A DNA stretch of 64,000 bases from Candidatus Vogelbacteria bacterium (GTDB lineage: Bacteria; Patescibacteriota; Minisyncoccia; Phycocordibacterales; XYD1-FULL-46-19). Of the stretch, positions 37,818 through 46,714 are shown in pieces (within the stretch, counting starts at the first letter, position 1; each line of letters begins with the position of its first letter). The stretch is taken from the NCBI GenBank assembly GCA_021414225.1, contig JAIOOX010000002.1, forward strand, positions 25,113 to 89,112, given 5' to 3'. The notes beneath the pieces were generated by a model. It was not told where the DNA came from and did not search any database. It worked only from the letters and a program-made list of their open reading frames with translations. The position numbers were made by a program, and so were the translations under genes.

Positions 37818-39026
37818 TTATTTTTTATTTGACCGTCTTAGGAAAGCGGGGATTGATGACCAGTCGTCATCTTCGCCATTGTCGGCGGTTTCTTCTCTAT
37901 CAACACGGACGGTATCAAAAGCGTTTCGGACTGGGGGTCTTTCTTTGACAACTGGCGGTGGAGGAATAATCTCTTTTTCTTTGGCGGCAGGAGGAGGGGT
38001 GGTGGTTGTTTCTTCTTTAGTTTGATTAAAACCAAAAATACTAGATTCATTTTTCTTACCTCGAGCTATATCGGTTGGAAAACCACAAGCAATAACAGTG
38101 ACTTTAACTTCACCCTTCTTAATTTTATCATCATGAATAGTTCCAAAAATAACTCGAGCATCAGAATCGATAGACTCGGTCACCACCTTAGCGGCTTCTT
38201 GGATTTCGTGCATAGTTAGGTCTGAACCACCAGCAATGGTAAAGAGGACACCGCGGGCACCGTGGATTGATAGATCGAGTAGAGGAGAGTTAATGGCGGC
38301 TTTAGAAGCTTCCACAGCTCTGTTCTCGCCAGAAGCACTACCAATACCCATCAAGGCTGAGCCAGCATTTTGCATAACTGAACGAATATCGGCAAAGTCG
38401 ACGTTGATCAAACCAGGACTAGTAATAGTATTAGAAATACCCTCGACTGCTTGACGAAGAATCTCATCACACATAGCAAAAGCAGACACGGCGGTTGTGT
38501 CTTTGGTGATAATATTCATTAGACGATCATTTGGAATCGCAATAATCGCATCCACTTCTTTTCGTAAATCTTCCATACCGCGATCAGCTAGAGTCATGCG
38601 GTTTTTGCCTTCAAAAAAGAAAGGACGAGTAATTACCGCTACTGTCAGAGCACCTTGATCCTTGGCGACTTTAGCCACTACAGGAGCGGCACCAGTACCA
38701 GTACCACCACCGAGTCCACAAGAAACAAAGACCATATCGGCGCCTTTGATAACATTTTGAATGTCTTCCAAACTTTCTTCAGCTGCCTTGCGTCCAATTT
38801 CTGGATCCATGCCAGTACCTAAACCACGAGTTAGATTTTTACCAATGTGAATTTTTTTAGAAGCGAGAGAGTGGTGAAGATGTTGAGCGTCAGTGTTCAT
38901 GGCAATAAATTCTACGCCACGCACTTTTGACTCAACCATATGATTGACAGCGTTTGTTCCTGATCCACCAACACCAACTACTTTGATGCGAGCAAATGCT
39001 TCTATTTCGGGTTGAATTCTAGCCAT
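37818..39026 (-). CDS. ftsZ: Cell division protein FtsZ
   Basis: GGGTGTG tubulin signature (GLGGGTGTGAAPVVA), N-terminal IKVVGVGGSGTNAVNHM. Confidence 0.9.
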   Translation of the reverse strand: MARIQPEIEAFARIKVVGVGGSGTNAVNHMVESKVRGVEFIAMNTDAQHLHHSLASKKIHIGKNLTRGLGTGMDPEIGRKAAEESLEDIQNVIKGADMVFVSCGLGGGTGTGAAPVVAKVAKDQGALTVAVITRPFFFEGKNRMTLADRGMEDLRKEVDAIIAIPNDRLMNIITKDTTAVSAFAMCDEILRQAVEGISNTITSPGLINVDFADIRSVMQNAGSALMGIGSASGENRAVEASKAAINSPLLDLSIHGARGVLFTIAGGSDLTMHEIQEAAKVVTESIDSDARVIFGTIHDDKIKKGEVKVTVIACGFPTDIARGKKNESSIFGFNQTKEETTTTPPPAAKEKEIIPPPPVVKERPPVRNAFDTVRVDREETADNGEDDDWSSIPAFLRRSNKK

Positions 39027-39104
39027 AAAGATATATAGGGACGCTTTAAATAATGATGCGTCTATGTTAACAGACTGGAGGAAATATGCAACGGGCCTAA
39101 ATGG

Positions 39105-40271
39105 CTAAGGAAGAAGCTCTTTTAGCCATTTTATGAAGCTAGACTTGGTGTTTTTGAACATTCGTCGGCCGATAGATTCTTCAGCTTCGGCATCAGAGCC
39201 AAACAGACATAAGCCATAAGCGACTGACCAAGCAGAGTCTTTTATTTGATTGTGGGAGCTACCTAAAATAGCCGATTGAGAGGTCTTGGCTGGTAATTTA
39301 AAGTAAGACTTAGCCATATCTTCAATATTACTAATACCACTACCGCCACCTGTGATGACAATTCCTGCTGGTAGTAATCCGTTACGGCCTATTTTTTTAA
39401 GATGGTTTTCGACGAACTCAAAAATATCAGATAAACGAGCATCAATAATCTGATCTAGTTTTTTGCGAGATGAAGCTGGTTCTGATTCGCCACGTTTGAT
39501 TCTCTCGGCATCTTCCAGGGGGATTTGAAAACCTAAAGCAATGTCGTTGGTAATATCTGTTGAACCTAGTGGAAAAACTTGGAGGGAAATAGGAATACCT
39601 TCTTCAAAAACAACAGTGCTGGTGGTTTGAGAGCCGATATTGGCTAAGACACAGCCGGCGGCTTTTTGGATTTTGGTTAAAGTGGAAAAACTAGCGGCTA
39701 GGGGAGCCGCGACAATATCGTCGACCCGCACACCGGTGGCTTCGACGGCACCAATAAGGTCTTTTAAATGTTGAGTACCACAGACTACAAACAAGGTCCT
39801 TGTTTCGAGTTTAGCTCCTTTCATCCCGTCTGGTCGGCCAAGGATTTTTTTGTTATCTAACTTAAAAGCTAGTGGTATACGGTGGAGGATTGATTTGTTG
39901 TTGATGTCGGTCGCCAGGCTTTGTTCACTGGAATCCAAAACTCGATTAATATCTAAATCACCGATTTCAGCATCAGCGCGGGAGACAATCACACTACCGT
40001 CGGCCACTTTGGATTCAAGGCTCACACCACCAACGGCCAGGAGGACACTTTTGATTTTAACACCAGCTAGGCGCTCGGCCTCGTTTAGAGTTTCTTTGAT
40101 ACTGTTAACAGCTTCGTCAACTTGAATGATATAGCCCCGCCTGAGACCACGAGAAGATTTTCTGACTAATGCTAAAACCTCCGGGACATTACTGCCTGGT
40201 TTGTATTCGCATACGACGACGCGAATTGATGATGTTCCGATGTCCAGTCCGGTTGCGATTATTCGTGCCAT
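39105..40271 (-). CDS. ftsA: Cell division protein FtsA
   Basis: Actin-fold, MARIIATGLDIGTSSIRVVV start, 388 aa, immediately upstream of ftsZ. Confidence 0.85.
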   Translation of the reverse strand: MARIIATGLDIGTSSIRVVVCEYKPGSNVPEVLALVRKSSRGLRRGYIIQVDEAVNSIKETLNEAERLAGVKIKSVLLAVGGVSLESKVADGSVIVSRADAEIGDLDINRVLDSSEQSLATDINNKSILHRIPLAFKLDNKKILGRPDGMKGAKLETRTLFVVCGTQHLKDLIGAVEATGVRVDDIVAAPLAASFSTLTKIQKAAGCVLANIGSQTTSTVVFEEGIPISLQVFPLGSTDITNDIALGFQIPLEDAERIKRGESEPASSRKKLDQIIDARLSDIFEFVENHLKKIGRNGLLPAGIVITGGGSGISNIEDMAKSYFKLPAKTSQSAILGSSHNQIKDSAWSVAYGLCLFGSDAEAEESIGRRMFKNTKSSFIKWLKELLP

Positions 40272-40641
40272 CTAAAAAAGCTTTAGTTAACTTACGTTCT
40301 TCACGTTCCATTGTACTACCATGGTCGAGTCCTTTCAAATGAAGGACGCCGTGGATAAACAAAAAACCGAGATGATAAGTGAAAGTGCTATCAAATTTTT
40401 GGCACTCTGATTTTACTTTTGCTAAATCAATAATTAGTTCTCCAGATTTTTTGTCATAAGGAAAAGATAAAACATTGGTTGGTTTATCTTTACCGCGGTA
40501 AGTATTGTTCAGACGACGAGAACGACGGTGACCAACAAAAACTAAACTGAGATCGTAGGATTTACCCAGTACTTTGTCGGCAATAGCCAATAAAGGCAGT
40601 CCCGGGAGGGACTGCCTTGTTTTGTTACTTACGGACAGCAT
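40189..40641 (-). CDS. ybeY: Endoribonuclease YbeY (rRNA maturation factor). The 3' end overlaps the ftsA start by about 83 nt as called.
   Basis: HGVLHLKGLDH metal-binding motif (H3xH5xH). Confidence 0.7.
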   Translation of the reverse strand: MLSVSNKTRQSLPGLPLLAIADKVLGKSYDLSLVFVGHRRSRRLNNTYRGKDKPTNVLSFPYDKKSGELIIDLAKVKSECQKFDSTFTYHLGFLFIHGVLHLKGLDHGSTMEREERKLTKAFLDGTNNRNRTGHRNIINSRRRMRIQTRQ

Positions 40642-40879
40642 CTTTTCTACCTTCCCGTTCTTTAATTTTGCCTAGCTTTTTAAGACGGTCGATATTGGTT
40701 CGCTTCTCAATTCTCTTAAGAGCCTCTTTTTTCTTTTTGAAATCAGATAATTGGCGAGCACTGTAGCGTAATTTACGCACTAGTCGGACAGTGCCTAAGC
40801 CTTGAACCTTTTTGGTAAAACGGCGCAAGACACTAGCGTTGGATTCAGTTGTGGCTTTGGTTACTTCAGCAGAAATCAT
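40625..40879 (-). CDS. rpsU: 30S ribosomal protein S21
   Basis: NASVLRRFTKKVQGLGTVRLVRKLRYSARQLSDFKKKKEALKR resembles the S21 ALRRFKR...RRREFYEKP pattern. Small and basic. Confidence 0.55.
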   Translation of the reverse strand: MISAEVTKATTESNASVLRRFTKKVQGLGTVRLVRKLRYSARQLSDFKKKKEALKRIEKRTNIDRLKKLGKIKEREGRKDAVRK

Positions 40880-40900
40880 AATGGGTTGTAGTGTAACATC

Positions 40901-42250
40901 TTATTTAATTTTCTTCAAGTATTCAGCCAGTTTAGGTAGAGGAACTGTGTCTTGTGAGCGAGTCTCCATATTCCGGACAATAACAGTGTTGTCGATGGCT
41001 TCTCGTTGACCAAGAATGATCGTATAAGGCACACCTAGTCGCTCAGCGATACCAAGTTGAGAGCCTAGTGAGTCTTTAGACATCGAGTGAGAAACTGGGA
41101 TTTTGGCTTTTCGTAAGATTTCGGTTACCTCGAAGCTTTTTAGTTTGGCGTCGAATGATAGCTGAATAAAAAAGACTTTAGGCGGTTTAACAATTCGCGG
41201 GGTCAACTTGGCGTATTGAGGGAGACGAACGATGCGATCGATACCAATAGCTGAACCAACCGCTGGGATATCTTTTTTGCCAGATAAAATTTTGGCCAAG
41301 TAGTCATAGCGACCACCACCACCTAGAGCGAGGGCTTTGGTTGGTTCAGTGTCCTCTTCGGTTGGTACTTCGGTAGTGAAAACTTCGAAAACAGTGCGAG
41401 AATAATAATCTAGTCCACGTACTAGTGAGCTATCGATCTCGTAAGTAATTCCCATTTGATCAAGATACTCCAATACTTCTTTAAAGTGGGTTTTACAGTC
41501 ACTACACAAGAAGCTGATTGATTCTGGGGCGGCGGCTTTGATCGGTTCACATTTTGGATTTTTACAATCAAGTAAACGGAGAGGGTTATCTTTTAGACGT
41601 TCTCGACAATCAACACAGATGTCCTTGATGTGTTTTTTGTAGTAGTTTACTAATTCCCGGCGGTAAGAGTTGCGACATTCGTTGTCTCCGATGCTGTTGA
41701 TTTTGACACCTAAGTCTTTTACGCCCGCTTCATCGAGGATTAAAGTGGTGACGCGAATAATGGTAGCGTCAGCAATACTTTTCTTGGTGCCCAAAATTTC
41801 CAAACCAAATTGGCGGAATTCTCGATAGCGACCACGTTGAGGATTTTCGTGGCGGAAATATTGGCCGTGATAGTAAAGCATGATTGGCTGTGATTCTGAC
41901 TGCATGCCGTGTTCGATGTAAGCTCGCATAGCTGGGGCAGTCCCTTCTGGTCGCATAGCCAACTTATCGCCACCTTTGGTTTTGAGGGTGTACATTTCTT
42001 TGTCGACAATATCAGTGCCAGCACCGACACCACGAGCAAATAACTCTTCTTTTTCTAGAATAGGAGTTTCAATTGGTTTGAAGCCGTAGTATAAAGCAAT
42101 CTCAGCCGCTTTTTCGGCAAACCCTTGGTATAGAAAAACGTCATCACCGATCAAGTCGTGCATGCCTTTAGGGGTCTGCAAACTACTTTCAGGGTTGGCA
42201 GCCTTTACTTTCTTGGTAGTATTTTTTTTGTCATTAGTTGGTTGAGTCAT
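40901..42250 (-). CDS. hisS: Histidyl-tRNA synthetase
   Basis: Class II motifs: LRPEGTAPAMRAY, HisRS-specific RGRYREFRQFGLEILG, GGGRYD. Confidence 0.85.
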   Translation of the reverse strand: MTQPTNDKKNTTKKVKAANPESSLQTPKGMHDLIGDDVFLYQGFAEKAAEIALYYGFKPIETPILEKEELFARGVGAGTDIVDKEMYTLKTKGGDKLAMRPEGTAPAMRAYIEHGMQSESQPIMLYYHGQYFRHENPQRGRYREFRQFGLEILGTKKSIADATIIRVTTLILDEAGVKDLGVKINSIGDNECRNSYRRELVNYYKKHIKDICVDCRERLKDNPLRLLDCKNPKCEPIKAAAPESISFLCSDCKTHFKEVLEYLDQMGITYEIDSSLVRGLDYYSRTVFEVFTTEVPTEEDTEPTKALALGGGGRYDYLAKILSGKKDIPAVGSAIGIDRIVRLPQYAKLTPRIVKPPKVFFIQLSFDAKLKSFEVTEILRKAKIPVSHSMSKDSLGSQLGIAERLGVPYTIILGQREAIDNTVIVRNMETRSQDTVPLPKLAEYLKKIK

Positions 42251-42260
42251 AAATATTTAT

Positions 42261-42872
42261 TTAGTTAATACTACCTGGTAAAAAATCGATCATATTGAAA
42301 GGGAACAGTCGAATTAAAGCTCGGCCCCGGAATAATTCTTCTGGGACTGGTCCCCAGGCGCGTGAGTCTAGGCTCCAGTCACGATTGTCACCCATGACAA
42401 AATATTCTCCAGCTTCTAGTTTGCGATTTAAATTAACAGCCCCTAAACCATTAGTGTAGTTGGCTTGAGACTCGTCTAGTTTAACTGCCTCGCCAGTACT
42501 AGAGGTGACCGAAACTTGTTTACCTCTGATGGTGACTGTCTCACCAGGTAGGCCAATTACTCGTTTGATAAAATATTTGGATGGATCTTTCGGGTAATGG
42601 AAGACAGCTACTTCGCCGCGGATAGGAGAACGAAATTGATAGGATAGTTGATCTATTATTAAGTACTCGCGGTTTTTAAAAGTGGGAAACATGGAGTCGC
42701 CACTAACGATAAAAGGTTGAGCGACGAAAGTACGGATCGGGACAACAATGATGAGGATGGTAAGAGCGAAACGAACAGCTTCAATGAGTGATTTTTTTGA
42801 CTCTGGAGTCATGAGATATTTTTTAGTAATAAAGATGCGGTAGATTGTACTGGAAAAAAGGCTTTGACGCAA
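42261..42872 (-). CDS. lepB: Signal peptidase I
   Basis: SGDSMFPTF (Ser box), KRVIGLPGETV, GDNRDWSLDSR (Lys and Asp boxes). Confidence 0.8.
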   Translation of the reverse strand: MRQSLFSSTIYRIFITKKYLMTPESKKSLIEAVRFALTILIIVVPIRTFVAQPFIVSGDSMFPTFKNREYLIIDQLSYQFRSPIRGEVAVFHYPKDPSKYFIKRVIGLPGETVTIRGKQVSVTSSTGEAVKLDESQANYTNGLGAVNLNRKLEAGEYFVMGDNRDWSLDSRAWGPVPEELFRGRALIRLFPFNMIDFLPGSIN

Positions 42873-43027
42873 GGGACTATTCCATTGTATAATTCGTTCG
42901 CCATGATCTGTTCGAAAAAATGCGCATAAATTTCTGGTGAAATTTTGCTATACTCGGCCCAGTCGGCCAGCGAAATATTTTTCTCACAGACATAGCTCAT
43001 TCAACCCGTTTTAAATTCTTAATTTTC

Positions 43028-43627
43028 ATGTACATCATTGCTGGTTTAGGTAATCCCGGAGAAGAATACGATAACACTCGTCATAATATTGGCCGCGAGG
43101 TGGTGACTTTGTTGGCTAATAAAAAAGTAAAAGATTTGGAGGTGGGTGAGTGGAAGACTGATAAAAAAATACAAGCCGAAGTGGCGACTTTTGAATACGG
43201 TCAGCAAAAAGGGAAATTGGTTTTACCAAATACTTTTATGAATTTGTCGGGAAAGACAATTGGTCCACTAATTACTAGTGTTAAAAAAGCCGAGAGTTTG
43301 GTGGTGATTCACGACGATTTAGATTTACCGTTGGGGAGATTTAAAATTGGTTTTGATCGAGGGTCAGGTGGTCATAAAGGAGTGGAATCAATCATTAAAA
43401 ATATCAAGACTCGGGCTTTTGTGCGGGTGCGAGTGGGCATCTCTGGTAGTACCCCAACTGGTAAAATAAAAAAACCTCAAGGTGATGAGGCGGTTCAAGA
43501 TTTTGTGTTGGGTCAATGGAAACCAAGAGAAGAGGAAATATTAAAAAATATGAAGAAAGAAATTGTAGATAGCTTGTTGGTGTTAATGGAATCTGGCCGA
43601 GTAGTAGCGATGAATCAGTTTAATTAG
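43028..43627 (+). CDS. pth: Peptidyl-tRNA hydrolase
   Basis: MYIIAGLGNPGEEYDNTRHNIG N-terminal signature. Confidence 0.85.
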   Translation: MYIIAGLGNPGEEYDNTRHNIGREVVTLLANKKVKDLEVGEWKTDKKIQAEVATFEYGQQKGKLVLPNTFMNLSGKTIGPLITSVKKAESLVVIHDDLDLPLGRFKIGFDRGSGGHKGVESIIKNIKTRAFVRVRVGISGSTPTGKIKKPQGDEAVQDFVLGQWKPREEEILKNMKKEIVDSLLVLMESGRVVAMNQFN

Positions 43628-43668
43628 GTAAATATTTTTTTTGAGTAGTGGTATTAAAATAAAAAAGG

Positions 43669-43708
43669 AAGCCCCTAGATCCCGATTCAGGTAGATCTAA
43701 GGGGCTTT
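43669..43708 (+). terminator. Hairpin gaagcccctagatc...gatctaaggggcttt after pth
   Basis: Near-perfect 12-bp stem seen in the sequence. Confidence 0.5.
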
Positions 43709-44148
43709 GGCAGGGAGAAGGATTCCACAACAATGAAGATGTGTGGGTCTTCCCCTTCGCAAAAAGAAACCGGTCGGCAAAATGGCCAACGGCTCACTTA
43801 ATAGTAGCATCTTTTCGATTTATGTCAAGTATTTTAGGGATAAAGAAAAAGCCGGGCCCTGGTACGTGTGTACCTGGGTCCCGGTGATACATGGAGTGGG
43901 ATGATTGGCTTAGTTTCGTTCTTGGCGCCGCTTGTCATCCGGCGTCTCAAAAGGAGCCAGTCGAATACGGCGTCCCGGCGGCTTATTCCAGACCCCGTCT
44001 GGGCACGTTGGTCGGGTGAAAAAACGCCCCTCTTCCACTACTGTGATTTCTTGGCTCCGCGGGGGAGCGACTGCGGTGTTCATTACCAATAATTCCTCCT
44101 GGTTGTGGTCCGGGGAAAATTGTAACACGCCTTGGTTTGGGTGTACAG

Positions 44149-44183
44149 AAAGACCCCGCCGGACTGAAGGTCCGGCGGGGTCT
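44149..44183 (-). terminator. Intrinsic terminator aagaccccgccggac-tgaag-gtccggcggggtctt downstream of rpsA
   Basis: 15-bp perfect GC-rich stem. T-rich tail on the minus strand. Confidence 0.7.
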
Positions 44184-44199
44184 TATCTTGCCTAAAAAT

Positions 44200-45357
44200 T
44201 TATTTCACTTCTTTGATTTCTTCCAATTTTTTCTCACCAAATGACAAAGTCATTCTTTGTTCTTTTGGTTCAAACAAGTTGATCGTAAACTTGTAAGTCT
44301 TACCTAATTCTAGTTTGTTTTTCAGATCTTCATCGTTGCCGAATTCGGAAATGTGAACCAAGCCAGCCACACCTTCTTCGATGGAAACTAGAGCGCCGTG
44401 TTTGTTGTATTTGATTACAACACCAGACACAAAGTCACCTTTTTTGTATTTTTTGTCAGCTTCCATCCAAGGGTTGGTTTTAAGAGCTTTGATTGACAAA
44501 GAGATTTTATCTTCTTTGACTTCAATGATTTTTGCTTTTACTTTATCTCCCACTTTGAAACTCTCGCGAGGGTTTTCCACTAAAGCCCAGTCAATTTCTG
44601 AGATGTGGACCAAGCCTTCTAGACCCTCTTCAATTTTTAAGAAGACACCGAAATCAACTGCTCCAGTGACTTCACCTTCTACGACATCACCGAGGTTGTA
44701 ACGAGACACGATTTCTCGACGAGATTTGTTGTCAGTATTTTTCTCAGAGAAGATTAACTTGGCTTCACGAGGGTCGGCGCCAATGATTGTGACTTCAATT
44801 GGCTTACCAACAAATTTCTGTAACTCTTCCATGATTTTATCCTTGTCACCATCTTGAACTCGAGGATAATTTTCCGCTTTCAGTTGAGAGGCTGGTAAGA
44901 AGCCATCAATTCCTTGCCATTCGATAATCAAACCACCCTTATTAGCATCCTTAACAGGTAATTCGATTACAGTTTTGTGTTTGATCATCTTCTCGGCCTC
45001 GTTCCAGATCAGAGCCTGCTTGGCTTCTTTAAGAGATAACTCAATGTAACCATCTTCACCTTCGGTTTCTACTACTTTAGCTGTAACAGAGTCGCCAATG
45101 TTAACTTTTTTGATCACGTCGCGGGCATTTAGATATTCGCGACCAAAAATCAAACCAGTTCCAAATGGAGGAATGTCGATATAAAGAGTCAATTTACCTT
45201 TGGCAATAACGCGACCTTCCACTAAGCTACCTTTTTCTGGTGAACTAGGTGAATTTTTCATCACGTCATCCATTGGGCCTTTAACTATTTTTACTTCAGC
45301 TGATTCTGCAGCTTCGTCAGTTGCTTTAACAACTTTTGGTTTTTTTGTTTCAGACAT
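44200..45357 (-). CDS. rpsA: 30S ribosomal protein S1 (four S1 domains, short form)
   Basis: Repeated S1 OB-fold motifs (GDxVxGxV...G.FVxI...GLxHISE) occurring four times. 385 aa. Confidence 0.85.
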   Translation of the reverse strand: MSETKKPKVVKATDEAAESAEVKIVKGPMDDVMKNSPSSPEKGSLVEGRVIAKGKLTLYIDIPPFGTGLIFGREYLNARDVIKKVNIGDSVTAKVVETEGEDGYIELSLKEAKQALIWNEAEKMIKHKTVIELPVKDANKGGLIIEWQGIDGFLPASQLKAENYPRVQDGDKDKIMEELQKFVGKPIEVTIIGADPREAKLIFSEKNTDNKSRREIVSRYNLGDVVEGEVTGAVDFGVFLKIEEGLEGLVHISEIDWALVENPRESFKVGDKVKAKIIEVKEDKISLSIKALKTNPWMEADKKYKKGDFVSGVVIKYNKHGALVSIEEGVAGLVHISEFGNDEDLKNKLELGKTYKFTINLFEPKEQRMTLSFGEKKLEEIKEVK

Positions 45358-45746
45358 AAAAAAATAACCTTAACTCCTGCTTGCGCGGAGCCCGAGACTC
45401 ACCAGCCATTATGCTGGGCCGTACTCAGATTAATAATAAGCTAAGAATACTAAGAAAAAAGGAAAAAGTAAAGGGCTGGAAGGGGGGCCCAAGTGTTCCC
45501 CTTCCAGCCCAGGCGCCTTAGCGCAAGACAGGTGACTTCGTTCCCAGAGCGATCAGGGAATTAGTTTTCACCTGGCCCCCTTTGCAGGGGCATACGGTCT
45601 TGGTTCTGCCGTGACCGACGGAACCCTTCCCCTTACAACGTTTGCAAGGGGGCGCCTGCTGTCTCCTCACGTGGAGCCTATCTGCAGCCCACACGTAGTC
45701 TACATAATTACTTGGAAATGGCCAAGTTTTCTGTTATTATTAGAGG

Positions 45747-46373
45747 ATGGTAATCACATATTATGGTGAAGCTTTTGTGCGGTTGCAATTTGGCGATATG
45801 GTTATTGCCACCAATCCGATTAGTCGTGATTTTGATGCTAAAGCGTCTAAATTTGGGGCTGATATTGCGTTAATTGCCCAAAAACACCCGTCAATGAATG
45901 GCCGCGATAGTGTTTCTTTTGGCACTAAAGAAGCTTTTGTGATTGATTCTCCAGGAGAATATGAGTTGTCGGGGGTGTTTGTTAAAGGCCTGCCGTCAGT
46001 TGGTCCGCACGGACGGATTAATACTATTTATAGTGTGGTTCTTGAAAGTATGAGTGTTGTTCACTTGGGTGGCCTTGCTTTAGACAAATTAACTCCAGAT
46101 GCGCTTGAGGAGATTTCTAGTCCGGATATTTTGATTGTGCCGATTGGTGGGCAAGATTCTCTTGATCCTAAATCGGCAGCTAAATTTGCCACTAGTCTTG
46201 GTCCTAAGATTATTATTCCAGTTTTGTGTGGCGATAAAAAGGATGATTATTTGGCTCTATTTTTAAAAGATATAGGAGCTGATAAAGTCAGTCCCATAGA
46301 CAAACTTTCTTTAAAGAAAAAAGATTTAGAAGGGAAAGAGGGTGAAGTAATAGTCTTGTCGTCGGTTAATTAA
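45747..46373 (+). CDS. Metallo-beta-lactamase-fold hydrolase-like protein
   Basis: 208 aa. Pattern inference only; no strong HxHxDH motif recovered. Confidence 0.4.
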   Translation: MVITYYGEAFVRLQFGDMVIATNPISRDFDAKASKFGADIALIAQKHPSMNGRDSVSFGTKEAFVIDSPGEYELSGVFVKGLPSVGPHGRINTIYSVVLESMSVVHLGGLALDKLTPDALEEISSPDILIVPIGGQDSLDPKSAAKFATSLGPKIIIPVLCGDKKDDYLALFLKDIGADKVSPIDKLSLKKKDLEGKEGEVIVLSSVN

Positions 46374-46381
46374 TCGTTTTT

Positions 46382-46678
46382 ATGTGGCTACTTGGATATC
46401 TAGATAAAGTGCGCCAAAGACCAGAAATAGAGCGACGCCGGTTGTTGGTGGTTTGGACTTCTTTGGGTACTTTATTGATCGTTGGTGGTTGGATCTTTAA
46501 TTTGCTTTTTATTCTACCAACACCTAAAGTGGACCCACAAACAGCTTCTAGTACAGTGAAGGTGATCGAGCCTGAAAAAAGTTTTTTTACCAGAATCACC
46601 GATAATCTAGAGAGAGTAAAGGTCGGTTTTCAGGTGTTGACCGAAATTACGACTAAAAAAGTTGATTCCCTCAAGTAA
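46382..46678 (+). CDS. Hypothetical small membrane protein
   Basis: 98-aa ORF with one TM helix (LLVVWTSLGTLLIVGGWIFNLLFIL), directly upstream of gyrA. Confidence 0.3.
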   Translation: MWLLGYLDKVRQRPEIERRRLLVVWTSLGTLLIVGGWIFNLLFILPTPKVDPQTASSTVKVIEPEKSFFTRITDNLERVKVGFQVLTEITTKKVDSLK

Positions 46679-46714
46679 AAACTGGTGATATACTAAAGCG
46701 TCACATCTTAAATT

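Noticed and set aside
37813-38050. Short ORFs at 37813..38025(+) and 37838..38050(-) and others inside ftsZ
   Set aside because: Low-complexity antisense or overlapping frames within the FtsZ C-terminal linker.
43710-44148. tmRNA (ssrA) in the GC-rich island
   Set aside because: No tRNA-like T-arm, no acceptor-end pairing and no tag-peptide ORF ending in Ala-Ala-stop could be found on either strand.
43868-44195. Three overlapping track ORFs (74, 87 and 72 aa) in the pth-rpsA intergenic island
   Set aside because: They are mutually overlapping in different frames and strands, with no motifs, in a GC-rich segment bounded by terminators. Treated as non-coding (candidate ncRNA) instead.
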